A stretch of DNA of 64,000 nucleotides from assembly GCA_964106645.2 (NCBI GenBank), contig OZ067044.1; one strand, written 5' to 3'. Shown one piece after another: positions 35,311 through 48,682 of this stretch. The notes beneath the pieces were generated by a model, which saw only the letters and a program-made list of their open reading frames with translations, was not told where the DNA came from and ran no database searches. The DNA comes from Podarcis pityusensis. Its lineage: Eukaryota. The translations under genes and the position numbers were made by a program. How positions within the stretch are numbered: the stretch's first letter is position 1; the number at the start of each line of letters is the position of its first letter.

Positions 35311-38300
35311 AAAGAACAAACACTGTCACTTGCTCATCCAGGGTCCATAACACCCAATGACTAGAAAGATGATGGAGTCACACCATTTCTGTCACATATA
35401 TTCCATCATAAGCTGAATATGCACTTCTTTACCCTGGTCTTTGACATATGATTTATTTTCAGGACCAGGCATGAATCTCACTTGGGCTCATTCCAGCTCA
35501 TGGAAGTACTGTAGAAATCCAGCCTGAGTCTTTCTTCTGCCAATGTAGGTTTCAAATTCATTTTAAATACTTTGAGCACCAATGCCCTGGATCACTGGAA
35601 GATGTTATAGTGCCTCTACAAGGGGACAAAGCACGAACAGGGCACAAGCTGTGTCCTTGCCTTTCTTCTATAAAAGAGCACTTCCGATTTTGCACAACAC
35701 CAACAGTAGTTTAGGCAGCACATCCCTAAGAACCTAAAGCATGACTCGGATGAGACATTTTTGTGCATGTGTATGAGATTTTTTTCACATATCTAGCCTG
35801 CAATGCGCTCTGGAACATGCCACTATTCTGCCACTAGTCTATTCAAAAGACATGCACAAGAACTCAGCTGAAAATGCCAGGGAGAACCTGTTTTAGATGC
35901 CTGCCTCTCAATTTGTAATCAGAGCCTCTGCCAATTGTTTTTATGGCATCATCTCCCCTCCCCGCAAAAACCCTCCTCAGAATTTCTGGCTGCAAACCTT
36001 GGTTTGATGTTCCCTGCATCTTACTCTGGAAATGCAGGGCTAAAAATAAATTGCCACATTAATCTGTGTGCAGCATATTTAATTTCAATGCAGCACAACT
36101 CCAAGCCATTTCCCCTTGAAATATTAATCTTTTACCATACCACACACATCTGAACTTTCCGGCAAAGCTATTATGACATAATTTATTACCCTGAAGCAAG
36201 TCAAGATTTGTATGCACTCTGGCAAGATCTGGCTGTCAGACTTGAACTGAAGTAATTATTAGGATGTATGAAAGCAGGTGTCACAAGCTGCAAGATGGCT
36301 TTATCTTCCTTGTTGTAACATCAACAGACTAAAAAGCAATCCATAAAAGAAAATGTGGCGTGGCAGGGCAAGTACTTTAGAGTCCATATGAATAAAATGG
36401 AAGCTGCAGATTATGTCTCTCTCCCTTTTGTATGTAAGAATTTAGCATCACTAAAATGACAAAATTCTGAAAGCATATGTCACCTTTCCTCTTTCCTTAC
36501 TAAAAACCCACCAACCAACCAATCAATCAACTACGGTAATTTTCATTTAGTTTCACAGGCACACATCAAACATTGAACCCTAATTTGCATATGGATTTTC
36601 AAAACAGGCTTGGCTGTAGTGAAAACGCAGGTGCTTTATTAAAGATTAGTTTGGCCTATTTGATGCTTACACAAAAACTAAGTAGCAAGCTGCAGAATTT
36701 TGGACAAAGCACATTAAATTAGAAACATAGCTTTAAAAAACTATGTTCAACATCATCATTATAACCACTTTTATTGCTTATCACAAAAAACAGCAACAGA
36801 TTCAATCAACTATGGATATTATTAATATCGCCTCCCATTCTTTTAAATGCAGTTATAAACCCCAATAATACTGTACGTCAAAGCCATCTTTCAAATGGTT
36901 CTGGGATGGGATGAAATTTCTGTTTCCCTTACTTTTTCTAGCAGGGTTATTTAGTTTTAAAAAGCAAAACTTTTCATTTTCCATAATGTTCAGCAATTTA
37001 ATTTGGCCATTTGAAATACCTTTGCTGCTTTAAACTGCTCAAAACTCTGAAGCCCTGAAATGTCATATTAACATTTCAAAAGGCACAGCATTAGAGGAGG
37101 TACACTTCTTTACGGCAAGCAGGCAGAGTTTTGTGGAGCACTTATGTGGGAAAGGTCAGGGCAAGATATGACCTACATTCAGTAGGAGAACAAAACTATG
37201 GCTCTGAATCTCTTATCTGAGAACGTACTGCCAGAGGAAAGTCCATTATAGGAATTGTACTGAACGTACACTAAAGTTCAAAATTAAGAAAAATGTCATC
37301 CAACCAAACTAATTTTATCAGTTCATTATGACAGCAGGAAAAGCTGGCAAGTCTTCAAAAGAAAAGTTGTTTTCTTCTCAAACCCCCACAATATGCTTTC
37401 ATAAAGTTGACAACAACATGTCTCATTTCAAGCAAATACAGAAATGCTTGTGCTTCCTTGTCAGCTATTTTTGCAAGGCACGACTAAAGCAGATTTCACA
37501 AGACTCCCAGACAGTGGAAGGAGAAATCTCACAGATCAGAAAGTGAGGTACTTCAGTGTAATGTACCTAACAAATGTTTCTTCAGTTCCTACTTATGGGA
37601 GACCTTTATGGTTCTAATATCAAGTTAAATCAAATTACTCACCTAATGTGGCTGTGTGAGAGACTATGTACACTTACAGTGCAACCTTACTCATTTTTGT
37701 TCAGACAAAAAGTCCCACTGTGTAGGTAAGTGTCTACAGGATTGCAGTCTGAAGCAAGAAAAACTTTCTCCATAAGACTTCCCTCTTGATACTCTTATTA
37801 GATGTATGCAACTCATTAATCACTCATTAGTCTAGCATTATACCTTTCAACACGGTGAAATTGAGAGACTTTGGGATTTAGTTTTGTTTTCATTGTAGAT
37901 AAACAACTTTTCTGATGCAATCCACAAGACACTGCTAATCATTTCTTTTAAAATGCTGCTGCAAAAGGAACAGGGAGCAGCAGCCATATCTTCAGCATGA
38001 TGTTATTTTAACACTCCTCTCAAGCTTTTCAGGCTTATGATTTTGGGGGATAATCTGACCAGCCGATACCTGTTTATTTTCCTTTGACATTCCTAAAAAG
38101 CAAACACAATTGCAGGAAGAACTGAAGGAGCCTGCTCACATGAAATCATGGAATGAGCAACTGGCACCAGAGCTTCAAGGAGGTTTCTACTATGTATTTA
38201 TACTGTTGCTATGTACTCATTGGCCCTAATTCTATGGTTTGGATAAGGTATGAAATAGCTGGAGCCCAGAACAAGTTAAGGAAGGTTGTAACCACAGGCT

Positions 38301-38731
38301 TTCGTTTCTCAGATCGAAAGCTGTGGTCCAAAAATGTGCTGGCTGGTTTCAGGGGCAGCTGCTGGCCAGATTCATACATTTCTAATTTTCTCCTTTCCTA
38401 CCAGCAGTATTCAGTGGCTGGATGTATTTTACAGTGTAGGACGTGCAGGCACAAAGACAACAAGAAGTTACAGCAGCATCTGCCTAGCCTGCTTGCTCTC
38501 TTTACAGCTCTGAGCAAGCTGATGTCTGGGCTTTCCCCCTGAAACTTCCTTGAAATGCAATGAGACCTCTGATACCAGTATTATAGCATTTTCCAGGTGG
38601 TTCCCAAGGCAAGCACCCCTATTATGGCACCTAAATGATGCCACCGTTTGGGGAACTGGGATGCGCTGTGGGCTTGCTTACTTCTTCCTCCCCTTGCAAA
38701 CTCAAAACCCTTCCTATTTGGTACAAACCAG

Positions 38732-38878
38732 CTTGGATAGCTCAGTTGGTCACAGTGTGGTGCTGATAACGCCAAGGTTGCAGGTTCGATCCCCAATAAG
38801 GGACAGCTGCATATTCCTGCACTGCAGATGGTTGGGCTCAATGATCCTCAGGGTCCCTTCCAACTCTAGTATTCTATG
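38732..38878 (+). mobile_element. tRNA-Ile-derived SINE with CR1-type tail
   Basis: A-box tagctcagttgg, anticodon-like loop ctgataa, B-box ggttcgatccc, tail gggtcccttccaactctagtattctatga. 7-bp TSD aaaccag. Confidence 0.85.
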
Positions 38879-38995
38879 AAACCAGTAAGTTTTTGCATCT
38901 GAACTGGGCAAGCAGTATGCAAGCAATCATCTGCCTCCAAATGAACTGAAAACCAAAGCCGATTTTTTCTCTCTCTTTGCAACTATAGTTTAGGA

Positions 38996-39117
38996 CAGCC
39001 TTCTCCAACCTAGTGCCCTCCAGATGTTTTGAACTAACCCCCCCGCACAGATGCTGGGTAGGCCTCATAGGAGTTGTAGTCCAAAACATTTGGTGGGCAC
39101 CAAGTTAAGGAAGAGTG
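38996..39117. mobile_element. Degenerate palindromic hAT-type MITE
   Basis: cagccttctccaacctagtgccctccagatgtttt...aaaacatttggtgggcaccaagttaaggaag. Confidence 0.65.
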
Positions 39118-42100
39118 GTCTGGCATTATGAAAGAACTAAGTTATTATGTCTTTCCCAATCTAGTGATTTGCCCAAAGCCTCCCAAGAAACGACGCTGCT
39201 GACCACAATTTTGACCTTGGGTTTTCCACACCCAGCCCCAACACTTCCTTGACTGCAGTGCCCTGGCTCTCAATATATAAGTGGGTTAGGAACAATATTT
39301 TCTTTTATACAGACAACATGCAGCACTAGGTTAAAAGATCAGACAGGAAAGTGTCTACCCAAAACAACGTGGTTGCCAGTTACAGATCACTGACAGTTAA
39401 ATACAGAGATTGAATGTGCAAGAAGGAATGTTTGCATACTTTCTCAGCACCATATTATGAAAATAAAAGGCCAGTTCCTATCCAACCCATGGATGTCTTA
39501 AATGCAAGTTTCAGATTAAAAGCACACAAATGTTTGAGCTGCAGTGTGACAGGTGGGCTTCAAACAACTCTGGGCAAAATGTCCCACAGACACACAGCTT
39601 TATATGGAAGAACAGTGTCTTGAAATTTATTTTAGTATTATTATTATTTTGCGGGGGGGGGGGGAGGAATATCCAGAAAGAAAGGGGGAGGAAAGATTCA
39701 GGATTTCTAGACTCCCCAGCCCCCTAACCAAGAATCACATTGTTAGAGTGGGAGGAACTGTCTGCTCTTTGTGCTTACAAAATCTGAAGAAGAGCAGACT
39801 CAATACAGGGAATCCATGGCCTTGATTCAAAATAAGCAATTTATCCATGTGTCAGGGAACTATATGTGCAGGCAGAACTTTCTTTGGAAATATTCTCAAG
39901 AGCACTCCACTTCCTAATCCTGAAGAGGCCATTTGTCCTTCCATTTCAAAACTGGCAGGAATTTTTCAGAAACCGGAATTGCTGTTAAGAATACTTAAAG
40001 GGAAGTGTAGTTCCCTTACTCACATGTAAGCTACTTCTACAGCCATAACATATAACTCATGCACGTTCAATAGAAAACTTTGGGTCGACGGGCACAAGTG
40101 CTGTGGGCACTACTGCCCCTTGTTACTTCTCTTCCACTTTGCCAGGTCACACAACCCCACATCAAACAGACAGAAAGAGAAAACACCCATACCCGGGCAT
40201 ATCTATGCTTTGCTTTACTGTGGGGTCTGGTTAAAATCAGATCCAGTAGAATTAAAATAATCTAGAATTTACATGGTTGTACAAGGTCCCCACAAAACCA
40301 CCATCAAACTAAAACATACATGGGCAGACTGTACAGTAAAAATCGTAAGAGCCAGCGCTTGCCAATTACAGAAAAGCAATTGTCTAGGGCATGTATGGAT
40401 CATAATGCAAATTTATAAATTTAAGTTTCATTCAGATACATTTGGAAAAAGGAGAGAGGGGATAGAAGGAAAGGTCCTTGGCTTCCATTGTGGCTCTGGT
40501 TGCATTATTAGGAATGCAAAAGGGTCCTTTTGGGCTGGGAATAACTTTTTAAAAAGATACTATTGTTTACTTTGTCAAACTAATTTTTTTTTTGGAGGGG
40601 TGTTTTTTAAAGTAGCTGCCTATTGAAAGTCAGAATGAAGTATTCACCCATCACTATCCATCGGTAGCCTGAACAAATGTGAAATGTAATCGGGGGGGGG
40701 GGGATGCAGAATTTTGGGGTGGGATCTGGATTTTTTGTTGTTCTGTCATGTAAAGCCAGCAAATGTCACCTTAAAAGGAATAACAAATCCTCCATATTTA
40801 GCTACTGCCGAGATACTACTCTGTCAACTACGTTATTTCTAGTAAATGACTCATGAACCCCTACACGGTTCTAATAACTTATTTAAAGAGGCATCGCTTC
40901 CTAAAATACATTTTAAATAGAAAAGACGGACCTACCAGGATTGCTATTCAACTTGAAGTTGAAACAATTTGCATTCCAGGGCTTAACAACATTCCCTCAC
41001 TTAAAAAAATAAACCAAATCTAGATGTTCCCTCCAACCTGATTTATTAATTTTTTTAAACACGTAGCCTGAGAAAGAGTTCTACATAACTTGAAGGTTCA
41101 CATAATTGTGAACACTGTTAGATGGTGGTGAACGTATTATTTTACTGACCTTGCTGGGCATAAAGTTCACAGCCATTAGATGCAATTCAAACCAAGTAAG
41201 ATTCTAAAACATAAAACATGTCTTTTCTGGGCAGACCTCTGAAACAAGGGTGTTGCCTCATGCCAATGGATTAGTTTGTCTAATTATAAGTTGTTACTAA
41301 GAGGTTTGCCTGACAAATGACTAGGCAATAGGAGTATTCATTTCAAGAATGCTGTGATTTACTGTGTGGGTAATTGTAATAGGGAAACACGTCTAATATC
41401 TCACCCAGCGATCCAGTTAAATTAAGAGCATAGTTCTGCCCTCAAGAAGAACGCAGAGGATTTTCACTTAAGTCTGTGGCAATTACATCTATGTCTTCCC
41501 AAACCCATAATCTATCCAAAGCAAATGTATTCCACCCACACTTACAAATGTTAATTAAATTTGACTCGAACATTTTTATTTAGGATTGGATAGGGCTCAT
41601 CAGAGGATCATAAAAAAAAAAAACCCTGATGCAAAACATTTACAAAACTAGCTCCAGAAACTCCAGATATTGTGATGGAAACCAAGAGGGATGAGTAAAA
41701 ATAGTCTGAAAGCCTCTGAAAATACTCGAGTTTGTATGAGAGGTGATAGTGCGACAGTGTAGGCAGTAATGTTTCAATTGCATATAGCGTCTAAAATCAA
41801 GTCGCACAAACTTTCCCCAAGACATTGTGCTACTATTTCCTAATCTGTTCTTGTTCCAATAATCTATAATGAATTACTGCAAGGGTAGGGGAGAAGAAGA
41901 AAGTAAAGATACCTTTTCGATACCTCCCCTAGCTTTCCCGATTTAGAAAACAAAGCGGTTCTTCATGGATTATGTTGCTAGTGTTTTTCATGCAACAGGA
42001 GAGGAACTTGGGTAACAGAATCCCTGAGATTATAAAAATAATATTCTACTTCAAAAAAAAAAAAATCACTTATTTATAGCAGTAGATCTAGTCCCTCTTC

Positions 42101-42159
42101 CACGGAAGCTAACTTTCTTTAACTTCGCATTCCATGCTGGGATTTCTCTCCCACTAAAC

Positions 42160-42270
42160 ATAACATCCAGGTTCTTGCATTTAGTCAGAAAGATGTCAGT
42201 CTGTACCTGTGCAAGTTTCTTGGTGAGGTTGATGGACTTCCTTTTATAGGGTATGTTCGCCACTTGCTAC
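42160..42270 (-). mobile_element. Penelope-like retroelement ORF N-terminal scrap
   Basis: KRKSINLTKKLAQVQTDIFLTKCKNLDV resembles the KLAQ..DIIFL.KCK..DIIPKGL N-terminal region of reptile Penelope-like ORFs (recalled). Confidence 0.5.
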
Positions 42271-45200
42271 ATTAAAAGAGGGCACACTGGAGAAAACAAC
42301 AGCAATCCTCTAGAAGCAGGCTTTACACCTGCTGTGTGGATATTGAGCTTCTCGCCCAACGTGTGTAGCATTTTAAATTTGGGTGAAAAAGCTCTTAACA
42401 CTTTCCCCTGTTAATGTCAGGAAATATGGTCCAGTGAAAGTACTCTGGGACTTTTACATAGGCCCAACTTCCTGCTTAGTCACAAATTGAGGACGCTTTG
42501 GTTCCTTCTCTGTAAAAATGGAAATAGCAGTGACTTGCCTTTGCCTGCCATAGGGATAATGAGAAAGTAAAGGTAACGTATGCATTACACAAATGGCATC
42601 ATGAGAGTAATAATAATTACTTTTGTGAGCTGTGTTAGACAAAACAAGCATGTTGCTAACTAAATGTTAGCACCACTAATCTACAGAAACCCTAAATAGG
42701 TGCTATACCATTTTCTGTTATTTACTCTAACACAGTCCAATCAAAAGACAATATAGTAATGGAGGTTTGCTTTGCTATGGGACATGCAGCACCTCCGACA
42801 AAATTACTCAACTTAAATCTGACTGCACAGAAAATTCCTATAACACTTCTTTCTGGTACTGAATTTATTTACTTTGGAAATCGATTTGCTCTGTCACTAT
42901 TTATTGCCGCATGCTGTTCAGTAATTCTCAGAAGCCGCATGAAAAATCACAATGTTGCACTTGTTAAATTGACCTGATGAAGTTAGGACACCGCTATATG
43001 AATCACCCCAAGAGGCAATTCTCCTAAATTCATGCTCTGCATAACGCTGCTAAATCAGAAGAAAAAGCAAAGTTGGTTGTACCGTATGTACCCTGCAGAG
43101 TTTTCAATTGATTGTATGTAGTTCCGTATACAAAACATCAATTAGTTTTACTTTCCTGCTGCAGCTTATTGCCAAAATGAGATGTTTACGACCTTTTAAA
43201 ACAAGGTGGATTCAGTAGTTAAAATGTTAGAAGACATAATTAAATACTCTCTGGAAAATGGAACAGTTTCTCAACAATATTCTAAGCACGGCCTCAACTG
43301 GTCTGTAGAAGTGAACTGAACGTAAAGCATTGCTTCTGTTTCCCTTCTGAGTAGCGTACACCCACACACTTTCCCCAGTTTCCATATAATTGGAAAAGCA
43401 GAAGCATTTGATTGTAAAAGTTGTATGCCCTGACTCAAGTCAGTTGAGTACACATTTTACTTGCATCAATAGCAGAGTGGAAGGCTGCCAGTTTAGTGTC
43501 TTGGCTGGCATTCAAACATGCTGTTTGCTGAGCTCTTTAGCTTCTGAGTTCACTATAAAAAACAGCACAACATCCCTCTCAAAATCACTTCTGATAGAGG
43601 CCTTTAAGCTCAGACTCAAGGAATGAAAGGATGCAAATGGTATTCAGCTATTTCTTTAAAAAGGTATGTTTTAAAATTGTGCTTTGGCTTTATATGCATT
43701 TACAATACAGAGTATAACATTTTATCCAGCCAAGCAAGGTTCCCATGCATACTTACAGCCAGAATTTGCTCAAATCACCTAGAAAGGTGGAGCTTTACAT
43801 TTACATTTTTACATGTTACTTGTGAAAAAACCCAGACGCAGCAGATCAAACTGCCTGGAAAATTCATTCATGTTCTATTGGAACTATTTCATAGCACAAC
43901 GTACAAATCTTTGACAAAATTTGAATATGTATTCATACTGCATATATAGTAGAGGCATATTTGACTACTTAAAATAATTCCCTGGATAACTAACTCTGCA
44001 CAAAGATGGTACAAATGAAGACTTGGCTCTTAGCTGAAATTATATCCCTTAGGGAGAGGTCTATGTAATATTTAACCACAACAGATAAACCTACAGCTTC
44101 TCTTAAAGTGAGTTACTAATTGCTTCAGTTAATTAATAGAAGACTGGATTTACTGTACTCATCCTGGGAAACCGTAAGAGGAATTCTAAAGCAGCTTCAA
44201 CACATTTAACTTTTTGCAAATATAGAAGTGATTTTACTTAGAATTTCTGTGTTACCACTGATGATTAGTCTCTCACTGGGGGTGATACAGTCCAGTCACT
44301 ACTAGATAAGTTTATTTCCACGGCCACCCATCACCCCTGGCACCCTCCACCTAAGTTTTATAACCCCCAGGCAGGTGAGTTGGGGGGGGTGCTAACAAGG
44401 AAGATGACCTATCTAATTATTGCCCTTTCTTTCAATTTCTGCTTAATAAAGGTGCTCTCTCTCAAACCTTATATACCTGTGGCCTTAAGGTGGGTTGGCA
44501 CTAGGCAGGCTTTTTTTCTGAGAGAAGGTGAATGCTGTCTCTCCTCTTCTTGAAGCGCTCTCTTGTTATCCGCAGGGGTGGCAAAGAGCAGCACTGAGTT
44601 AGCACCCTCAGACTGCCCCTGAAATGTGAGCTAGGATGCCTACCTGAGCAGAGATTGCTTTGGTAGGGAAGGCTCCAGCATACTGCTTCAAGTAACTTCT
44701 GACATCATTTTGTTAACAAAGCTCAGCAGCAAAGTTGGAATAGCAGCAACAACAACGATGATTAATAGAGGTGTAGGATTAGGCAGCTCGCATGAGGCTT
44801 TTCATATTCAAAATGTTTTCTTTGTGCTTATTTTAAACCCTTATATTGACAATAGCAGGTTAATCAAGCTTTGAAAACAAAACAAAAAACCCAGTTATTT
44901 CTAAATTATGCTTTCATAGGGTTCATTGGCACTTGAGTGAAAACATGGTCAAGAGGTAACCTCAGACAACTGTCTGGAGAAGGACATTTTTCCCATGCCT
45001 TCAATGCTATAGCATGCATTAACCACAACTATTCAGTCTATCATTTTGTAGCTTACATTGTGATGACTTCAGTGAGAAGTGTGTCGTGTCTGCAAGCTGG
45101 CGTACATTTGCTGAAGTGAAGTTGTGCAGCAGTTCTTAAATCTAAAACACAATTTAGCAACACAGCAATTCTGTAAAATGGAACAAACTAATTTCAGTCA

Positions 45201-46689
45201 GAAAAATGTCTCCTAAGGAATGTTCTAGGCTGACTAAAAGTATCTGTCAAAGAGATTTGTAATAAGATCAATGGTCAAATCCAGGGTGGCATCCAATACA
45301 AAATGCAGTTGTGCAAGGGGTTAACACTCAGCACAGCTTTCCTTGTTGTTCCTTTGCTAGGCTAAGAAGAATAGTTTAGCATGGTGTGTTGCCCTCTCCA
45401 GGAAGCAGCTCAAACTTAATACTTGTTTCAACAGGATACTCCTGACTTGTAGGTATAAGAGTCTGAGAATCTGACTTCATATTATATACTGCAATCCGTC
45501 TGCAAGTCAGTTTGAGAAGCCCTAGAGGAAACAATTCCCATTGCTCCTCTGTCAAGGAGTTTGAAACAAACAAGAGGAATAAAAGCATATAAAAGAATAA
45601 ATGAGTGGGCTGGGCTCCCTTTTGTATATGAAAAGGCATCCGTATTTAAAAAGCCTTGAAGCAAACCTACTGTTCAAATGTTCTTTAAGAACTGCTTTCC
45701 ACATCCTGATTTTAAAATACAGGAAATTTTTCACAAGCCACTCCTATGTTTCAAAACATCTTGTAATGCTTAAGGAACATAACTAGCACCTCCCCAGGTA
45801 TAAATTAAGACTTGTGCCTGGCAAGGATAAGAACCTTTGACACAAACCAAAGGGAGAGAGTGGAACAGCTTCTATTCTGAGGCTCTCCATCAATGGTGAG
45901 CAGCATGAGATGCTGGTCGTGTGAGAAGATGGTTGGGACATGGATTGACTACCGAGCAGCAGTGTCTGGAGTGACCCAAAGCAGACCACAGATGTGAAGG
46001 GCTGGTGTCTATGGAGGGCTTCCTTTGGGTGGATGCCAGCATTTGGGGAGAGCAGACTTGGGAGTCCTAGAAGCTTTGCTATTCGCTATTGTTATTGGTA
46101 TTATTTGTATTGAATACGTAATTTTAGCATTTTGTATTGTATTTAGGTTGTTGTGCATGGTATTTTTCTTCTGTTTTGTAAACTGCTTTGAAGATTATTT
46201 TAGCAGAAAACCAGGATATAATGTCAAAACTAACCCAATCACTGGCTATTAGCTACTCAGTCATGAGCAAGATTCAATGCACCTAGAGCTAACAGGAAGA
46301 AATTCATGGGAGCCGTTTAGGTAAGAGAAAGAAGGCATCTATACTTCTGGTGAACTCACAGAGTCTATACATTGTGATGCGATTGTTATAAGCAATTAAA
46401 AGGACTTGTGTACTGTGCACAGATGCCAAATATATCCACTTCATTTTTTTAAAAAAGCACGGTTGCAGAATAAAATATATTAAAACCACAACAAACTCTA
46501 CTTATAAGGGGCAACCAATTTGGACTGCAGCTCCCATCATTCTCGACAGTTGGTCATGCCGCCATATTGTGTACACCCAGCACACATGGTGTCCTTTTTG
46601 CTACATAAGTGATGGCACTACCTCTGAAATAGGGACTAGAGAAAGCTTTATGCAATTTCCACAGTTCCAAAGGCAGCATAGCACTCAAT

Positions 46690-46787
46690 ATGGCAACAGA
46701 GGGAGAGAACTATTGCCTTCATGTGTTGTTTGTGGGCTTCTCAGAGGCATGTCAGTAGGAAAGCAGGATGATGGGTTAGATGGCATC
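46690..46787 (+). mobile_element. CR1-type 3'UTR fragment split by the adjacent solo LTR (resumes ~47239-47265)
   Basis: gtgggcttctcagaggcatg...aagcaggatgatgggttagatg, continuing agaaccagtaattcttagg after the LTR. Confidence 0.55.
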
Positions 46788-47238
46788 TATTATGGTTCCA
46801 AGGGGTTGCTCGAGAGCAAGCAGGCAAATACCTCCCTGCTCGGCTGTGAAGCCTTGCTTTTGATGCCAAAATAAACTTTATCTGTCCAGAGCGCCACTCT
46901 CCCGTGGCTGCCTCATTCACTGGCAGAATCCGTGAGTGGGCGGTCCTTAAACCTTCCCCAGCAAAGTAATTTCTTGACGCCCAGTCTGCGCCTCCCCTCT
47001 CGGCGCAAAAGCTTACTGCGCAAGGAGGGCGTGGGTAACGGAGAACCTCTCTCCTCCCTGCTTTGCCCAGGCAAGGTGTCCTGGCACCGCCTCACCTCCT
47101 CCGAGCCCTGCAGCTCCTCTCCACTGGAGGCGTGGTTACTCTCCTCTGCTGAGGAGGAGCTGCTTCCCACGATCTTTGGGGGCTCTCTCCATCCGGCTTT
47201 TCCTCTCTCCCCCCTGAACCGATGGCAGTTCCCTGACA
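46788..47238 (-). mobile_element. Solo LTR (Gypsy-like), 451 bp
   Basis: Minus strand starts TGTCAGGGAACTGCC and ends ccataata (decayed TAACA). 5-bp TSD gcatc at 46783-46787 and 47239-47243. Confidence 0.8.
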
Positions 47239-47274
47239 GCATCAGAACCAGTAATTCTTAGGTTACCCTCAATC

Positions 47275-47412
47275 AGATGTGGGGAACATTTAGCCCTCCA
47301 GAGGTTGCTGAAGGACAACTCTCCTCATTCCTGGCCATTGACTATGTTTGCTGGGGGGTGATGGGAGTTGTAGTTCAGCATCATTTGGAGAGTCAATGGT
47401 TCTTCACACCTG
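47275..47412. mobile_element. Degenerate palindromic hAT-type MITE
   Basis: cagatgtggggaac...acaactctcctcat...gatgggagttgtagttcagc...gttcttcacacctg. Confidence 0.6.
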
Positions 47413-48314
47413 ACCTAGATGGACCACTGGTCAGAAGCAGTAAAAACGTTCCTGTAGAATAACAGTGACTTCATCAGTTTAGAGGAATATCAAAACTAGG
47501 GGGCAGAAGCGAAGCCTCACTAGTGCCATTCTGATCCCAGTAAACAAGATGTGTACCAAACAATTTGTTTGTTTTATTGCAGTCTCAGGCCTATAAATAT
47601 ACAGCTTGAATTATTCACTTGCAATCATGCAGATTGGTCACTAGATGTCTCTGCACTGTAGTTAGAACACCAGGAAAAAACATCGTCCCTAAATTTAAAC
47701 AACAAATGAACAAGGAAGTTATCTCCTGGTGTTTCATTGCTGCTCTTCCCCCCAAAAATGTGTTAAGAAAACACTATGGGCATTAATTAATAAGAATCTG
47801 CAAGCCAGATTTTGTGAGAGAAAGGTGCTAGAGGGAATATTCTTCCCATGGGAACAACTAGAGTGATCAGATTATCTTTAGACCAAAAAATTTGTAGCAG
47901 ACTTCAGCCTACAGACTTATATTGCCATATGGCCTAAACTTGAACTGACAGAGACAAATCCTGAACACTGCCGTAAAACCATGGTCCATTGAGTTTCTTT
48001 AACATGAACATTTAATTCTCCAGTGAAGATCACAAAGCTCTGTGAAGACACCACACCTAGCAAGCAACTTCACTGTGGCAGCTCCAGACCCCCTGATGCA
48101 CAACTGCCTCACGCTGCAGGCTGTTGCACCTCTGCTATTATGCCCAAAGACAACCTGCCTAAGAAAAACTTGCAAGCTGGACACACAGGTGAAGCTTGTG
48201 GATCGTTCCTACATATGTTCGCCTTTGGATAATATAGAAATTTTGAAACAACTCTCTCACATATATTGGACATAATGCCCAAAGCCACTATGCTGCCAAT
48301 CTAGGATCATTTTA

Positions 48315-48682
48315 TTGCATACCCTCCAACATTTCTCCAATGAAAATAGGGATGTCCTGTTCCATAATAATAATTATTATTTTATTATTTTATGCCTCAC
48401 CCATCTGACTAGGTTGCCCCAGCCACTCTTCCAACATATATAAAAACATAATAAAACATTAAACTTGAACAAACTTCCCTATATACAGTGCTGCCTTCAG
48501 ATGTCTTCTAAAGGCTGTATACTTATCCCCTTGGCTCAGAGGTTGCATACGCTCCAACATTTCTCTGATGAAATAGGGACATCCTAAGGAAGAGTGGGAC
48601 ATTCAAGGATCAAATTAGAAACCACGACGGCTTCTGTAAATCCGGGACTGTCCCTGGAAAACAGGGACACTTGGAGGGTTTG
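48315..48682. mobile_element. Composite repeat: DNA-transposon-like element with duplicated left end enclosing an L2-like tail
   Basis: ttgcatac.ctccaacatttctc..atgaaa(a)taggga..tcct occurs at 48315-48359 and 48543-48586. The right end ttggagggtttg is complementary to cataccctccaa. Confidence 0.6.

Noticed and set aside
38732-38805. Functional tRNA-Ile gene
   Set aside because: The acceptor stem does not pair well, and it continues into a SINE body and CR1-type tail with a TSD.
39780-39810. ctgaagaagagcagactc as a hammerhead ribozyme core
   Set aside because: No GAAA box follows and I could not find stems I/III.
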